From NCBI GenBank assembly GCA_964200185.2, contig CAXNAD020000001.1, positions 1 to 64,000 on the forward strand: a stretch of DNA of 64,000 nucleotides. Reading direction: 5' to 3'. The DNA is from Choristocarpus tenellus KU-1152. Lineage: Eukaryota > Protista > Phaeophyceae. Positions within the stretch are counted from its first letter, which is position 1, and every line of letters begins with the position of its first letter. Shown in pieces: positions 22,705 to 34,098 of the stretch. Made by a program: the position numbers and the translations under genes. The notes beneath the pieces were generated by a model that made no database searches, was not told where the DNA came from, and worked only from the letters and a program-made list of their open reading frames with translations.

Positions 22705-23499
22705 ATGATACATAATTTTTTAACATCAAAATTTAATTTTAATAAATTTGGAAAAATATTATCGAAATATAATTATCAAATAAAATCGAATGATATTTTA
22801 GCTGGTACAATTATTGGTTTAGAACCAATGTATGGTTTAGTAGATATTGGATTAGAAAAAGTCGCTTTTTTACCAATAGAAGAAATTTCTCTTAAAAAAA
22901 TTTTTCAACCAACTCACTTACTAACTATCAATTTTATTGGAGAATTTTTAATTCTTTTTATTAATGAAAAAACAAATCAAATTTTTTTATCTTCAAAAGA
23001 AGTTCAGTATTTACGTTTATGGGAACGAATAAAACAATTAGATTTAAAACAAATTGTTATTTATGGAAAAATAAAAAAATCTATCAAAAAAGGAAAAATT
23101 ATCAATTTTAATGGTTTAGAATTTTTAATATATAATTCTTATATTCCTAAATATTATCGTGATAAAAAATATCAAAATTTATTATTACCTTTTAAATTTA
23201 TGGAAGTTAAAGATTTTATTCATTTTGTTTATGTTAATTCAAAATTAGCTTTTTTAAATAATTTAAATAATTTTTTAAAATTAAATAATATTTATTATTC
23301 TTGTATTAAATCTATAAAACCTTTTGGTATTTTTGTAAATATTTATGGTATTCAATGTTTATTACATATTTCTGAAATTTCATTTAAAAAAATTATAAAT
23401 ATCAATAATTTTTATAAATGTGGAGATATAATTAAAGTCAAAATTATTTATAAAAATATTGAATTAAATAAAATTTCAGTTTCAATTAAAAAAATATAA
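22705..23499 (+). CDS. rps1: 30S ribosomal protein S1
   Basis: DILAGTIIGLE, LVDIG, WERIKQL, PFGIFV..LLHISEIS S1 motifs. Confidence 0.9.
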   Translation: MIHNFLTSKFNFNKFGKILSKYNYQIKSNDILAGTIIGLEPMYGLVDIGLEKVAFLPIEEISLKKIFQPTHLLTINFIGEFLILFINEKTNQIFLSSKEVQYLRLWERIKQLDLKQIVIYGKIKKSIKKGKIINFNGLEFLIYNSYIPKYYRDKKYQNLLLPFKFMEVKDFIHFVYVNSKLAFLNNLNNFLKLNNIYYSCIKSIKPFGIFVNIYGIQCLLHISEISFKKIININNFYKCGDIIKVKIIYKNIELNKISVSIKKI

Positions 23500-23500
23500 T

Positions 23501-23722
23501 TTAACCGCCACTAACTATTGTGATAATTTCTATTTTATCATTTAATTTTATAGGGATATTTTTAATTGTTATTTGATTAAAAATTTTATTATTATATTGA
23601 ATAATATTTAAATTTTTATTAAAATTTAAATATTTTATTAAATTATTAAAAACAATAGGATGATTTAATAATATCTTATATTTTTGATCATTAACCCAAA
23701 AAAAAAAAAAAAAAATTTTCAT
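23501..23722 (-). CDS. thiS: Sulfur carrier ThiS (ycf40)
   Basis: C-terminal DKIEIITIVSGG. Confidence 0.88.
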   Translation of the reverse strand: MKIFFFFFWVNDQKYKILLNHPIVFNNLIKYLNFNKNLNIIQYNNKIFNQITIKNIPIKLNDKIEIITIVSGG

Positions 23723-23733
23723 ATTAAAAATAA

Positions 23734-24051
23734 TTAAATTAATTTAATAAAAACTCCAGGAAAAAGTTCTAAACTTAATAAATTTAATAATATTTTTTTT
23801 ATTTCTGGAGAATTTGAATAGATATCTATAATTTTTTTATATCTACGGATTTCAAATTGTTCACGTGAATCTTTATTAACATGTGGTGACCGTAAAACAC
23901 AATATGATCGTTTTTTTGTAGGTAAGGAAATCGGACCTGAAATATAACTAATAGTTAGATTATTTTTTAATAATAAAAATTTTTTACACGATTCATTTAA
24001 ATTAGTGGAATTAAAAGATTCTAATATTATACGTATTTTTTTCTTTAACAT
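23734..24051 (-). CDS. rps10: 30S ribosomal protein S10
   Basis: GPISLPT, VLRSPHVNKDSREQFE. Confidence 0.96.
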   Translation of the reverse strand: MLKKKIRIILESFNSTNLNESCKKFLLLKNNLTISYISGPISLPTKKRSYCVLRSPHVNKDSREQFEIRRYKKIIDIYSNSPEIKKILLNLLSLELFPGVFIKLI

Positions 24052-24060
24052 AAAAATAAA

Positions 24061-25290
24061 TTATTTATTAATTTTAGAAACAACTCCAGCCCCAATTGTA
24101 CGTCCACCTTCACGAATAGCAAATCGCATTCCTTCTTCAATTGCAATAGATGAGATAAGTTCTGCATTCATCTTAATACGGTCCCCAGGCATAACCATTT
24201 CAACATTATTTCCATCATCTGAAGTAAAACTTAAAATTTTACCAGTTACATCTGTTGTTCGTACATAAAATTGAGGTCTATAACCTGAAAAGAAAGGTGT
24301 ATGACGTCCACCTTCTTCTTTAGTTAAGATATAAACTTCTGATTCGAAAATATTATGAGGTGTTATAGTACCAGGTTTAGATAAAACCATACCACGTTCT
24401 ATTTCATTTTTTTGAACACCACGTAGTAAAATACCAACATTATCACCTGCAACTCCTTCATCTAAAGTTTTTTGAAACATTTCTACTCCAGTAACTGTTG
24501 TTGCTTTTGTATCACCTAAACCAACTAATTCAACTGTTTCTCCTACTTTAACAATACCACGTTCAATTCTTCCTGTAGCTACTGTTCCACGACCAGTAAT
24601 TGAAAAAACATCTTCAATAGCCATTAAAAAAGATTTATCAATATCACGAACTGGAGTCGGAATATAAGCATCCACTGAATCCATTAAATTATAAATTTTA
24701 TCAATCCATTTATTTTCACCTTTTTTTAAACCAGGTTCTTTTGATAATGCTTCTAAAGCTTGAAGAGCTGAACCTGCTACAATAGGTATATCATCTCCAG
24801 GAAAATCATAATTTGATAATAATTCTCGTACTTCTAATTCCACTAATTCTAATAATTCAAGATCATCTACTTGATCTTCTTTATTTAAAAAAACAACAAT
24901 ATGAGGAACACCAACTTGTTTCGATAATAAAATATGTTCACGAGTTTGGGGCATTGGTCCATCAGCAGCAGAAACAACTAAAATTGCTCCATCCATTTGA
25001 GCTGCTCCTGTGATCATATTTTTAACATAATCAGCATGACCAGGACAATCCACATGAGCATAATGACGTACATCTGTTTCATATTCTACATGGGCAGTAT
25101 TTATTGTAATTCCACGTGCACGTTCTTCCGGAGCTGCATCGATATCTTCATATTTTTTTGCTTTAGAATCACCGGTTAATGATAAAACAGCTGTTATAGC
25201 AGCGGTTAAAGTTGTTTTACCATGATCTACATGACCAATTGTTCCAATATTGATATGGGGTTTTGTACGCTCAAATTTTTCACGTGCCAT
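24061..25290 (-). CDS. tufA: Elongation factor Tu
   Basis: [17 protein letters not shown]. Confidence 0.99.
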   Translation of the reverse strand: MAREKFERTKPHINIGTIGHVDHGKTTLTAAITAVLSLTGDSKAKKYEDIDAAPEERARGITINTAHVEYETDVRHYAHVDCPGHADYVKNMITGAAQMDGAILVVSAADGPMPQTREHILLSKQVGVPHIVVFLNKEDQVDDLELLELVELEVRELLSNYDFPGDDIPIVAGSALQALEALSKEPGLKKGENKWIDKIYNLMDSVDAYIPTPVRDIDKSFLMAIEDVFSITGRGTVATGRIERGIVKVGETVELVGLGDTKATTVTGVEMFQKTLDEGVAGDNVGILLRGVQKNEIERGMVLSKPGTITPHNIFESEVYILTKEEGGRHTPFFSGYRPQFYVRTTDVTGKILSFTSDDGNNVEMVMPGDRIKMNAELISSIAIEEGMRFAIREGGRTIGAGVVSKINK

Positions 25291-25355
25291 AAAAATTATT
25301 CCTTAATTATTTTATTTTATTTTATTTTACTTTTGGCGATATTTAATTATATTTT

Positions 25356-25826
25356 TTAAGAACGAAAATGAGCAAAAGCTTTATTTGATTTTGCCATACG
25401 ATGAGTTTCTTGTTTTTTTCGCATCGCATTTCCATAATTTTTTGAAGCATCTATTATTTCATTAGCTAATTTTATTGCCATTGTTTTACCTGATCTTTTT
25501 CGTGCAAATTCTAAAATCCAACGTAATGCTAAATTTATTCCTTTAAATCTTTTAATTTCTATTGGGACTTGATAACTTGATCCACCAACACGTTTCGATT
25601 TTATTTTAACAGAAGGACTAACATTTTTAACAGCTTTTTCAAAAATTTTTAATGGTTCTTGATTTGTTTCTTGTTTTATAATATTAAATGTTTCATAAAT
25701 AATTTTTTGAGCTATTGTTTTTTTTCCATTTTTTAAAATTTTAGAAATCATTAAACTTACCAAAAAACTATTATATACAGGATCTGAAATAGGAAATTTT
25801 CTTTTTGTATTTGTACGACGTGACAT
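25356..25826 (-). CDS. rps7: 30S ribosomal protein S7
   Basis: RVGGSSYQVP, THRMAKSNKAFAHF. Confidence 0.97.
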   Translation of the reverse strand: MSRRTNTKRKFPISDPVYNSFLVSLMISKILKNGKKTIAQKIIYETFNIIKQETNQEPLKIFEKAVKNVSPSVKIKSKRVGGSSYQVPIEIKRFKGINLALRWILEFARKRSGKTMAIKLANEIIDASKNYGNAMRKKQETHRMAKSNKAFAHFRS

Positions 25827-25850
25827 AATAAATTATTAAAGTTATATATA

Positions 25851-26225
25851 TTATTTTATTGGTTTTTTATTTCCATATTTTGAACGACTTTGTCGACGAT
25901 CTTTTACTCCAACAGTATCAAGTGTTCCACGAATAATATGATAACGTACCCCAGGTAAATCTTTTACTCTTCCACCACGAATTAAAACAACTGAATGTTC
26001 TTGTAAATTATGACCTATACCTGGGATATATGCTGTTACTTCAAATCCTGATGTTAATCGAACTCTTGCAACTTTTCTTATAGCTGAATTCGGTTTTTTT
26101 GGTGTAATTGTATAAACTTTTGTACAAACTCCTCGGCGTTGTGGACAATTTTTTAATGCAGGTGATTTAGTTCGTGTTTGTATTTTTTTACGTTTTATTC
26201 GTATTAATTGTTGTATAGTAGGCAT
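25851..26225 (-). CDS. rps12: 30S ribosomal protein S12
   Basis: [18 protein letters not shown]. Confidence 0.98.
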   Translation of the reverse strand: MPTIQQLIRIKRKKIQTRTKSPALKNCPQRRGVCTKVYTITPKKPNSAIRKVARVRLTSGFEVTAYIPGIGHNLQEHSVVLIRGGRVKDLPGVRYHIIRGTLDTVGVKDRRQSRSKYGNKKPIK

Positions 26226-26269
26226 AGGATTAAATTAATATTAATTTTTTTATAGTTTTAATAAATTCA

Positions 26270-26482
26270 TTATGATTCAGTAATTTGATATTTTTTAATA
26301 AATTTATCTACTCGACCTTCAATATCAATAATTCTTTGTGAACCAGTATAAAATGGATGATTCCCTGACCAAATATCTACATGTAATTCTGGCTTTGTTG
26401 ATCCAACAAGCATAATCAATTGTCCATCATAATATACTTTTGTATCACTGTACCATTTTGGATGTATATTTTTTTTAGGCAT
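26270..26482 (-). CDS. rpl31: 50S ribosomal protein L31
   Basis: IHPKWY, DIWSGNHPFYTG. Confidence 0.96.
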   Translation of the reverse strand: MPKKNIHPKWYSDTKVYYDGQLIMLVGSTKPELHVDIWSGNHPFYTGSQRIIDIEGRVDKFIKKYQITES

Positions 26483-26520
26483 AGTTTTATTTTATTATAA
26501 TTTTTTAATTAATAAAAGAT

Positions 26521-26973
26521 TTATCGTTTTGAGTATTGAGAAGCTTTTCTTGCTTTTTTTAAACCATATTTTCGGCGTTCTTTTATTCTAGCATCTCTCG
26601 TTAAAAATCCTTGACTTTTTAAAATTGGGCGATAATTTGTTTTAGTAATTTTACATAAAGCACGCGTTAATCCTAATTTAATAGCATTTGCTTGTCCAGT
26701 TAATCCTCCACCTCTTACTTTTGCAATAATATTATATTTTTTTTTTAAATTTATAATTTCTAAAGGTAAATATATTTGATTTATATAAGTAAAATTTTGT
26801 TGAAAATAAATTTCTCCTAAAATATTATTAACTTCAAATTTTATTTCTGAATTAGAATTAATAGGTACTAAATAAACAAGTGCAATCGAAGTTTTTTTTT
26901 TTCCGATTCCATAAATATGACTTTTTTTTTTTTCCCCACCACTATAGATAATAATTTGTTTTTGATTTATCAT
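26521..26973 (-). CDS. rps9: 30S ribosomal protein S9
   Basis: GGGLTGQA, ERRKYGLKKARKASQYSKR. Confidence 0.96.
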   Translation of the reverse strand: MINQKQIIIYSGGEKKKSHIYGIGKKKTSIALVYLVPINSNSEIKFEVNNILGEIYFQQNFTYINQIYLPLEIINLKKKYNIIAKVRGGGLTGQANAIKLGLTRALCKITKTNYRPILKSQGFLTRDARIKERRKYGLKKARKASQYSKR

Positions 26974-26987
26974 AACATTTATTTCTT

Positions 26988-27419
26988 TTATATATTAATA
27001 ATTTTAGGTTTTTGTGAAATATGAGGATGAGTTTGATTTTTATATACTTTTAATTTCGTAAATAATTTACGCCCTAAACGAGTTTTAGGTAACATTCCTT
27101 TAATTGCTTTTTCAATAATTCTTTCTGGTAAACGAATTTGTAAATTTTCAAATGTTTCTAATGTCTTTCCTCCTGGATAACCTGAATGTCGAAAATAAAT
27201 TTTTTGAGTAGATTTTTTTCCACTTACTAATATTTTATTCGCATTTATAATAATTACATAATCTGCTATATCTTGTGATGGTAAATAAAAACTTTTATTT
27301 TTTCCTCTTAGAATCTTAGCAACTTCGGTAGCTAAACGCCCTAAACATTTATTTTCAGCATTAATTAAATACCATTGTTGTTTTAACTCAGGTTTTGAAA
27401 CAATAAATGTATCTTTCAT
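26988..27419 (-). CDS. rpl13: 50S ribosomal protein L13
   Basis: LGRLA, HSGYPGG, GMLPK. Confidence 0.96.
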   Translation of the reverse strand: MKDTFIVSKPELKQQWYLINAENKCLGRLATEVAKILRGKNKSFYLPSQDIADYVIIINANKILVSGKKSTQKIYFRHSGYPGGKTLETFENLQIRLPERIIEKAIKGMLPKTRLGRKLFTKLKVYKNQTHPHISQKPKIINI

Positions 27420-27467
27420 ATGATATTAAATAAGTAATATTTTATTTGATTAATTAAATTGTTATTT

Positions 27468-28400
27468 TTATATTATTAATTCAAAATAATTTGTTAATTT
27501 AGTTTGAATTTCATCTACTGATTTGGGCCCTAAGTTTTTTATTTCTAATAAATCATCTCTGGTCCATTTCTTAAGTTCTTGAATATAGTTAATTTTAGAT
27601 TTTTTTAAAATATTGCATAAACGTGGTGAAAGTTGTAAAATTTCAATAGGTATATTATTATTTTTATCTTTTTTAATATTTTGACTAGAATTTTTTATTA
27701 TTTGAATTTGTTGATAAGGTTTAATATTTTGAATATTAATTAACCAACTCATTAACACAATAGTGGCACGTTTTATTGATTCTTCAGGCGTAATACTACC
27801 ATTTGTCCAAATATCAAGAAATAATTTTTCTTTCTTTGATTCTAATAATGGTTCTATTTCTTCAGTAAAAAAATTAATTTTAGAGACAGGCATAAAATTA
27901 GAATCAATAGGAATATAATCTAAAAACTCATCAGTTTTCGATTCTTCGGCTAAATTATATCCTTTACCACTTTTTAATTTAATTTCAATTTCAAAAACAG
28001 AATTATCTGAAATTGTTAATATATGATTATGAGGATTTAAAATTTCAATACCAGGTGGTAATTTTAAATAATCAGCAGTAACTATACAAGGCCCTTGTAT
28101 TCGTAATCGAACATAAGTGGTTTCAGTAAGATCACTTTTAAAAATTATTTCTTTTAAATTTAAAATTATTTCTAAAACATCTTCTCGAATACCTGGAATA
28201 ATCGAAAATTCATTATTTATACCTGCAATTCTAATTCCAATAATTCGAAACCCAACTAAATCTGCAATTAAAGCACGACGTAACATAGTTCCAATACTAG
28301 TACCTTGACCAATATCTAATGGTTCAAAAACAAAACGTCCAAAATGATTTGTAGGAGTTTTTAAGTTAGATTCAATACAATATCCTGTAAAATTTAACAT
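27468..28400 (-). CDS. rpoA: RNA polymerase alpha subunit
   Basis: EPLDIGQG, IREDVLEIILNLK, WTNGSITP, KNLGPKS. Confidence 0.96.
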   Translation of the reverse strand: MLNFTGYCIESNLKTPTNHFGRFVFEPLDIGQGTSIGTMLRRALIADLVGFRIIGIRIAGINNEFSIIPGIREDVLEIILNLKEIIFKSDLTETTYVRLRIQGPCIVTADYLKLPPGIEILNPHNHILTISDNSVFEIEIKLKSGKGYNLAEESKTDEFLDYIPIDSNFMPVSKINFFTEEIEPLLESKKEKLFLDIWTNGSITPEESIKRATIVLMSWLINIQNIKPYQQIQIIKNSSQNIKKDKNNNIPIEILQLSPRLCNILKKSKINYIQELKKWTRDDLLEIKNLGPKSVDEIQTKLTNYFELII

Positions 28401-28499
28401 AATCCTCCTTTTTTTATTAGTTTATAATAAAATAATATAAACTTATCAAATATACAAATTTTTTGAATAATTTTATTCCTAGTAATTTCTATTTTTAAA

Positions 28500-28874
28500 T
28501 TAAACACGTCGACGCTTAGGTGGTCTACAACCATTATAAGCAATTTGGGTAACATCTTTAATAGAAAGAATTTTAATTTTATTTAAATGAACACCACGAA
28601 TAGCAGGTTCTCGACCAGAACCGGGGCCTTTAATAATAACATTTACTCTTTTTAAACCATATAACTCTTTAGCTTTTATAGTTGCTTGTTCAGCAGCTTT
28701 TTGTGCTGCAAATGGGGTACTTTTTCGTGATCCTTTAAAATCAACAGTTCCAGCCGAAGCCCAAGATAAAGTATTACCATTTAAATCTGTAATAGTTACT
28801 ATAGTATTATTATAAGTAGATTGAATATGAATAATTCCTTTTAAAATAGTTCGTTTTATTTTTTTTTTTATCAT
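28500..28874 (-). CDS. rps11: 30S ribosomal protein S11
   Basis: [27 protein letters not shown]. Confidence 0.97.
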   Translation of the reverse strand: MIKKKIKRTILKGIIHIQSTYNNTIVTITDLNGNTLSWASAGTVDFKGSRKSTPFAAQKAAEQATIKAKELYGLKRVNVIIKGPGSGREPAIRGVHLNKIKILSIKDVTQIAYNGCRPPKRRRV

Positions 28875-28913
28875 TTTAAAATTTAAAAGTATATTTGTTA
28901 ACGATATTTTTAA

Positions 28914-29285
28914 TTATTTTTTTCCTACCATTGTTTTCTTTAATCCTCTTCTAGTACGAGCATTTGTTCGAGTACGTTGACCTCGAACAGGTAAACCAAG
29001 ACGATGACGACGACCTTTAATGCAACTATTTTCCATTAAACGTTTAATATTTAAATTAGTTAATCGTAATAAATCCCCTTCTAATTGATAATCGTTTTCT
29101 AAAATTTTTCTAATAATACTTATTTGATTATCTGATAAATTTTTTGTTCGAAGTTCTTCAATATTATCTAATTTTGTTTTTTTTAAAATTTCAGTTGAAC
29201 GTGATAAACCTATTCCATATATAGCTGTTAAAGCATATTTGATTTTTTTATTGTTTGCTAAATTTACTCCTAAAAATCGAACCAT
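28914..29285 (-). CDS. rps13: 30S ribosomal protein S13
   Basis: IYGIG, LPVRGQRTRTNARTR. Confidence 0.97.
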   Translation of the reverse strand: MVRFLGVNLANNKKIKYALTAIYGIGLSRSTEILKKTKLDNIEELRTKNLSDNQISIIRKILENDYQLEGDLLRLTNLNIKRLMENSCIKGRRHRLGLPVRGQRTRTNARTRRGLKKTMVGKK

Positions 29286-29307
29286 AATTTATCTCCTTTA
29301 ATAAAAA

Positions 29308-29421
29308 TTATCCTTGTCTTTGTTTATGTTTAGCATTAACACAAATAACTTGAATTCGTCCATGACGTCGAATAATTCTACATTTATCACACATTTTTTT
29401 AATTGATGGTCGTACTTTCAT
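29308..29421 (-). CDS. rpl36: 50S ribosomal protein L36 (not in ORF track)
   Basis: Manual translation [37 protein letters not shown]. Confidence 0.97.
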   Translation of the reverse strand: MKVRPSIKKMCDKCRIIRRHGRIQVICVNAKHKQRQG

Positions 29422-29450
29422 AAATTATTTTATATTTTATATTTTATAGT

Positions 29451-30749
29451 TTATATTATCTCATCCGCATTTAAAAAATTTTGAATTCTTCTAAATGTAT
29501 CAATTAAAACATTTACCAGAATAAGTTGTGATGTTAAACCAAATCCACGTAAATTCATATTATTAATTGGTAATAAATATTCTAATCCATTAAGAAAACT
29601 AATAATTAAAACAAGAAAAATAGCATTAATTAAAGTTAATCTTTTTATAGTTTTTACTAAATAATTTTGAGTAGAAATACCAGAAGATATTCCGCGAATA
29701 GATACAGAATTTTTACGAAATTGTTCTGCAATATCTTTTGGATCTAGTATTATTAAAGAATAAAAAGATGTAAAAAAAAAAATTAAAAAACCATAGCAAG
29801 ACCAGAATAAAATTTTTCCAAATCCTGAAATATAATTTTCATTAATGGAATTTAAAAAAGAAAATAAATTCAAATTTAATAATTGAAAATAAATTAATTT
29901 TGCACTTGAAGATAAAATAACCATTACTGAGGAAGTAAAAACTAATGGCATTACCCCTGCTTGATTAACACGAAGTGGCAAATTACTATTGTTCCATAAA
30001 GATGTTTTACTTAATTTACGTAAAAGTTGACTTGCTGAAATTAATGGAATTTTAACTAATGCTTCGTTAATATAAACACAACCAATTGTAATAAATAAAA
30101 AAATACTTAATAATAAAACATTAATGCCAATATTTTGTTTTGTTATTAAAAGAGATAAAGTTTTAATTTGGTCTGGTAAATTAGAAACAATATTAAAACA
30201 AATTAATAATGAAGATCCATTTCCTAATCCTTTTTCTGTAATTAATTCACTAAACCATAATATTACCATTGATCCTGTAATTAATGAAAGACTTATTTGA
30301 GTTGCTGTTAAAAGATTCCAATTAAAAATTAATGATCTAAAACTATAAGTTGTTCCAATACTTTGAATAATAGCACATAAAAAAGTTAGATATCTTGTAT
30401 AATCCGTAATTTTACGTCGTCCATATTCACCCTCTTCTTTTTGAAGTTTCGATAATCCAGGATTAATTGTTGTTAAAAGTTGAATTATAATAGATGCATT
30501 AATGGAAGGCAAAATACCTAAACTTAATATTCCAAAAGAAGATGTTCCACCACCTGAAAATGTATTTAAGATTCCTGCTATCGCATTAGTTGATGTAGCA
30601 TTAGACTTTAATAATGTTGAAAAAGTTTCTATATCAATAAAAGGTACAGGAATAAAACTTCCAATACGAACAAATGTAAGTAAACTAATGGTTAAAATAA
30701 AACGTTGTCGAAATGAAGGATTATTTTTAGTTTTTAATTGTAAATTCAT
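29451..30749 (-). CDS. secY: Preprotein translocase SecY
   Basis: LGILPSINASIIIQLL, GLGNGSSL, NQAGVMPLVF. Confidence 0.96.
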   Translation of the reverse strand: MNLQLKTKNNPSFRQRFILTISLLTFVRIGSFIPVPFIDIETFSTLLKSNATSTNAIAGILNTFSGGGTSSFGILSLGILPSINASIIIQLLTTINPGLSKLQKEEGEYGRRKITDYTRYLTFLCAIIQSIGTTYSFRSLIFNWNLLTATQISLSLITGSMVILWFSELITEKGLGNGSSLLICFNIVSNLPDQIKTLSLLITKQNIGINVLLLSIFLFITIGCVYINEALVKIPLISASQLLRKLSKTSLWNNSNLPLRVNQAGVMPLVFTSSVMVILSSSAKLIYFQLLNLNLFSFLNSINENYISGFGKILFWSCYGFLIFFFTSFYSLIILDPKDIAEQFRKNSVSIRGISSGISTQNYLVKTIKRLTLINAIFLVLIISFLNGLEYLLPINNMNLRGFGLTSQLILVNVLIDTFRRIQNFLNADEII

Positions 30750-30789
30750 GAAAAAATTTAACTAAGTATATAGATTTTTTCGAAAATTA

Positions 30790-31272
30790 TTAAGTACCTG
30801 ATAATTGTTCTAAAGAAATTTGTCTGTTTTTTATAACTTGATCTATTGTAGATAATTTTTTTAATGCTGTTATAGTTGCACGTGCATTATTTAATGCATT
30901 ATTTGAACCAAGTTGTTTTGTTAAAATATTTTTAATACCAGCTAATTCTAAAACAATTCGAACAGAACTTCCGGCAATTACTCCAGTTCCTTCAATTGCT
31001 GGACGAATAAAAACTTTTGAACTTCCAGCTTTACCAATTATTGAATGTGGAATTGTTTGACCCTTAATAATTGGAACATTTATTAAGTTTTTTTTAGAAT
31101 TATTTAACGCTTTTCTAATTGCATCTACAATTTCTTTTGCTTTTCCTACACCAACACCTACAATTTTATTTTCATTTCCTGATACAATAATAACTCGAAA
31201 ATTAATTTTTTTACCACCTTTAACTACTTTAGAAATTCGAGAGATTTTTACTATACGGTGTTGAGTTATCAT
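30790..31272 (-). CDS. rps5: 30S ribosomal protein S5
   Basis: KVVKGGK, GTGVIAG. Confidence 0.96.
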   Translation of the reverse strand: MITQHRIVKISRISKVVKGGKKINFRVIIVSGNENKIVGVGVGKAKEIVDAIRKALNNSKKNLINVPIIKGQTIPHSIIGKAGSSKVFIRPAIEGTGVIAGSSVRIVLELAGIKNILTKQLGSNNALNNARATITALKKLSTIDQVIKNRQISLEQLSGT

Positions 31273-31312
31273 AAATTTATTAAAACCCTTAATATATATT
31301 TTTTTTCATTAT

Positions 31313-31642
31313 TTAAAAATTTAAACCATTAAATCGAGCTCCTTCAGCTAATTCTTTTATACGGCCATGATAAGGATGTTTTCCACAATCAAATATTATT
31401 TGTGTAATATTTTTCTTTAATAATCTTATAGCTATAGTTTCTCCGACTAATTTTGAAGCTATTTTGGTTGAAGTTTTTTTACATTTTTCTTGAATTTCTA
31501 GTTCTAATGTAGAACAACTAATTAATGTAGTTGAACAGGAATCATCAATTACTTGAGCATAAATATGTTTATTTGATCGAAATACTGATAAACGTGGTTT
31601 TACAATAGTTCCTTTTATTTGTTTTTTATCTCTTTTGCCCAT
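31313..31642 (-). CDS. rpl18: 50S ribosomal protein L18
   Basis: PRLSVFRSNKHIYAQ, YHGR. Confidence 0.96.
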   Translation of the reverse strand: MGKRDKKQIKGTIVKPRLSVFRSNKHIYAQVIDDSCSTTLISCSTLELEIQEKCKKTSTKIASKLVGETIAIRLLKKNITQIIFDCGKHPYHGRIKELAEGARFNGLNF

Positions 31643-31647
31643 ATTTT

Positions 31648-32184
31648 TTATTTCCCTGATTTTCCTACTTTACGATTAATAATTTCACCTTTATATAAAA
31701 TTCCTTTTCCTTTATAAGGTTCAGGAAGTCTATTACGACGAATTGTTGCTGCTAATTGTCCAACAAATTCTTTATTAATTCCAGTAACTATAATTCCAGT
31801 ATTATTTTCTATTTTTATTTCAATTCCTTCTGGTATTGCTATAGTAACCGGATGACTATAACCCAAATTTAAAATTAAATTTTTTTCTTTTACTTGAGCT
31901 CGGTACCCAACTCCTTGTAATTGTAATTTTTTTTCAAATTTTTCTGAAACCCCAATAATCATATTATTTATTAATGTTCGAGTTAATCCATATAATTGAT
32001 TAGCAATTCGTGTGTTTTTATTTTTTAATACGTAAATTTTATTATCAGAAAATTTGATAGAAATTAAATTAGATATTTTTTGACAAAGTTTACCATGTGG
32101 CCCTGAAGTACTAATAATTTGATTTTGGATCTCAATATTTACATTTGTTGGTACATTTATTGGTAATTTACCTATTCGCGACAT
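31648..32184 (-). CDS. rpl6: 50S ribosomal protein L6
   Basis: MSRIGK, PEPYKGKG. Confidence 0.97.
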   Translation of the reverse strand: MSRIGKLPINVPTNVNIEIQNQIISTSGPHGKLCQKISNLISIKFSDNKIYVLKNKNTRIANQLYGLTRTLINNMIIGVSEKFEKKLQLQGVGYRAQVKEKNLILNLGYSHPVTIAIPEGIEIKIENNTGIIVTGINKEFVGQLAATIRRNRLPEPYKGKGILYKGEIINRKVGKSGK

Positions 32185-32200
32185 ATTAATTTAACCTTTT

Positions 32201-32599
32201 TTACCATATATAACAAAGAATTTCACCACCAATATTTAATTGTTTAGCTTTATGATTAGTCATAATACCTTTTGACGTTGATAAAATTGCTATTCCTAAA
32301 TTATTTAAAACTTTTGGTAAATTTTTTTTATTTACATAAATTCGTAATCCAGATTTACTTACTTGCTTAAGGCCCGTAATAATAGGTTGTCGTAATTGTC
32401 CATTATATTTTAAATACAATATTAAATACTTTTTATTTGAAGTTGTAAACTCTTTAAAATTTGAAATATAACCTTCTTGTTTTAAAATTTGAACAACAGA
32501 TAGAGTCATTTTAGTTTTTAAAATTTGAACAATTCGATGACGAACTAAATTTGCATTTCGAATACGGGTTAACATATCAGCAATAATATCTATTGTCAC
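32201..32599 (-). CDS. rps8: 30S ribosomal protein S8 (GTG start)
   Basis: DMLTRIRNA, STSKG, GGEILCYIW. Confidence 0.96.
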   Translation of the reverse strand: MTIDIIADMLTRIRNANLVRHRIVQILKTKMTLSVVQILKQEGYISNFKEFTTSNKKYLILYLKYNGQLRQPIITGLKQVSKSGLRIYVNKKNLPKVLNNLGIAILSTSKGIMTNHKAKQLNIGGEILCYIW

Positions 32600-32621
32600 T
32601 TTATTTTAATACTCCTTTTTT

Positions 32622-33185
32622 TTAATCAATTAATGGAAAACCAAATTCCTTTAAAAGTGCAATGCCTTCTTCTCGTGTTTTTGCTGTTGTTACTACAGAT
32701 ATATTTAATCCACGTATTTTGTCTATATCTTCGTAATTAATTTCAGGAAAAACTAATTGTTCTTGTAATCCAAAATTATAATTTCCTTCATTATCAAAAC
32801 CTTTTAAACTTAGACCTCGAAAATCACGAATTCGAGGTAAAACTAAATGAATTATTTTTCCGAAAAAATTGTACATTTTATAATTTCGAAGAGTTACAGT
32901 AACACCTAAATTCATTTTTTCACGAACTTTAAAACCAGCAATGGATTTTTTTGCTTGTGTGATTATTGGAGCTTGTCCACTTATTAAAGCAATTTCATTA
33001 ACTGATTTTTGTAAAATTTTAGTATTTTGTCCATCAGAACCTAATCCACGATTAATTTGAATTTTAATTAATTTAGGAACTTGATGTACATTTTTATATT
33101 TAAAATGTTCTTTTAAATTTGGAGCTATTTTATTTTTATATAATTCTTTTAAATTTTGTGATTTAATTTCAATATTAGTTAACAT
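32622..33185 (-). CDS. rpl5: 50S ribosomal protein L5
   Basis: LPRIRDFRG, VFPEI. Confidence 0.96.
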   Translation of the reverse strand: MLTNIEIKSQNLKELYKNKIAPNLKEHFKYKNVHQVPKLIKIQINRGLGSDGQNTKILQKSVNEIALISGQAPIITQAKKSIAGFKVREKMNLGVTVTLRNYKMYNFFGKIIHLVLPRIRDFRGLSLKGFDNEGNYNFGLQEQLVFPEINYEDIDKIRGLNISVVTTAKTREEGIALLKEFGFPLID

Positions 33186-33191
33186 TAAATA

Positions 33192-33443
33192 TTACTCCTT
33201 ATAATAAACTACATTTGAAATATGGATTGGAAATTCAATATTTTTAATTTCACCCACTTGACCTTGTTGAGTTGGTTTAATATGTTTAACTTTTAAATTA
33301 ATACCTTCAATAATAATTTGATTAGTTTGTTTTATTATTTTTTTAATTAACCCAGTTTTTCCTTTATCGTCACCAGAAATAATTTTTATTTTATCACCAA
33401 TATTTAAATTAGTTTTATGCTTATGAATTTTTTTTTTAAACAT
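33192..33443 (-). CDS. rpl24: 50S ribosomal protein L24
   Basis: GDKIKIISGDDKGK, PIHISNV. Confidence 0.95.
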   Translation of the reverse strand: MFKKKIHKHKTNLNIGDKIKIISGDDKGKTGLIKKIIKQTNQIIIEGINLKVKHIKPTQQGQVGEIKNIEFPIHISNVVYYKE

Positions 33444-33809
33444 TTAAATTACCTCAGAAGCTAATGATACAATTTTAATAAACTCTTTATCCCTTATTTC
33501 ACGTGCAATAGGCCCAAAAATCCTTGTACCTTTTGGGTTTTTATCAGAATTAATTATCACAGCAGCATTATCATCAAAACGAATACTTGTACCATCTTTA
33601 CGTGATGTTATTTTTTTTGTTCTAATAATAACTGCTAATATAATATCGGAACGTTTAACTAGCATATTTGGTATTGCTTCTTTAACAACCCCAACAATAA
33701 TATCTCCTATTTTAGCGTATTGGCGATTATCACCTAATACTCGAATACACATAATTTTCTTTGCACCTGTATTATCAGCTATTGTTAAATAAGTTTGTGG
33801 TTGTATCAT
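33444..33809 (-). CDS. rpl14: 50S ribosomal protein L14
   Basis: ADNTGAK, FDDNAAV, GTRIFGP. Confidence 0.97.
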   Translation of the reverse strand: MIQPQTYLTIADNTGAKKIMCIRVLGDNRQYAKIGDIIVGVVKEAIPNMLVKRSDIILAVIIRTKKITSRKDGTSIRFDDNAAVIINSDKNPKGTRIFGPIAREIRDKEFIKIVSLASEVI

Positions 33810-33818
33810 ATTAAATTT

Positions 33819-34073
33819 TTAATTCGATAAAATTGATTTATTTATTATTTTTTTAATTATCCAACGTTTTCGTTTACTTAAGGGTCTACTTTCTTCTAAT
33901 AATACTTGATCTCCAATATTACAAAGATTAAAAGAATCATGTGCCATATAACGTTTTGTTCGAACCATAATTTTTTCATAAAATTTATGTTTATAACGAT
34001 ATTTGACAGCAACCACAACACTTTTTTGCATTTTATTACTTATTATAATTCCAATTTTTTGTTGTTTAGCCAT
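33819..34073 (-). CDS. rps17: 30S ribosomal protein S17
   Basis: KMQKSVVV, ESRPLSKRKRW. Confidence 0.96.
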   Translation of the reverse strand: MAKQQKIGIIISNKMQKSVVVAVKYRYKHKFYEKIMVRTKRYMAHDSFNLCNIGDQVLLEESRPLSKRKRWIIKKIINKSILSN

Positions 34074-34098
34074 ATATATTTTATTTCTCCATATAATT

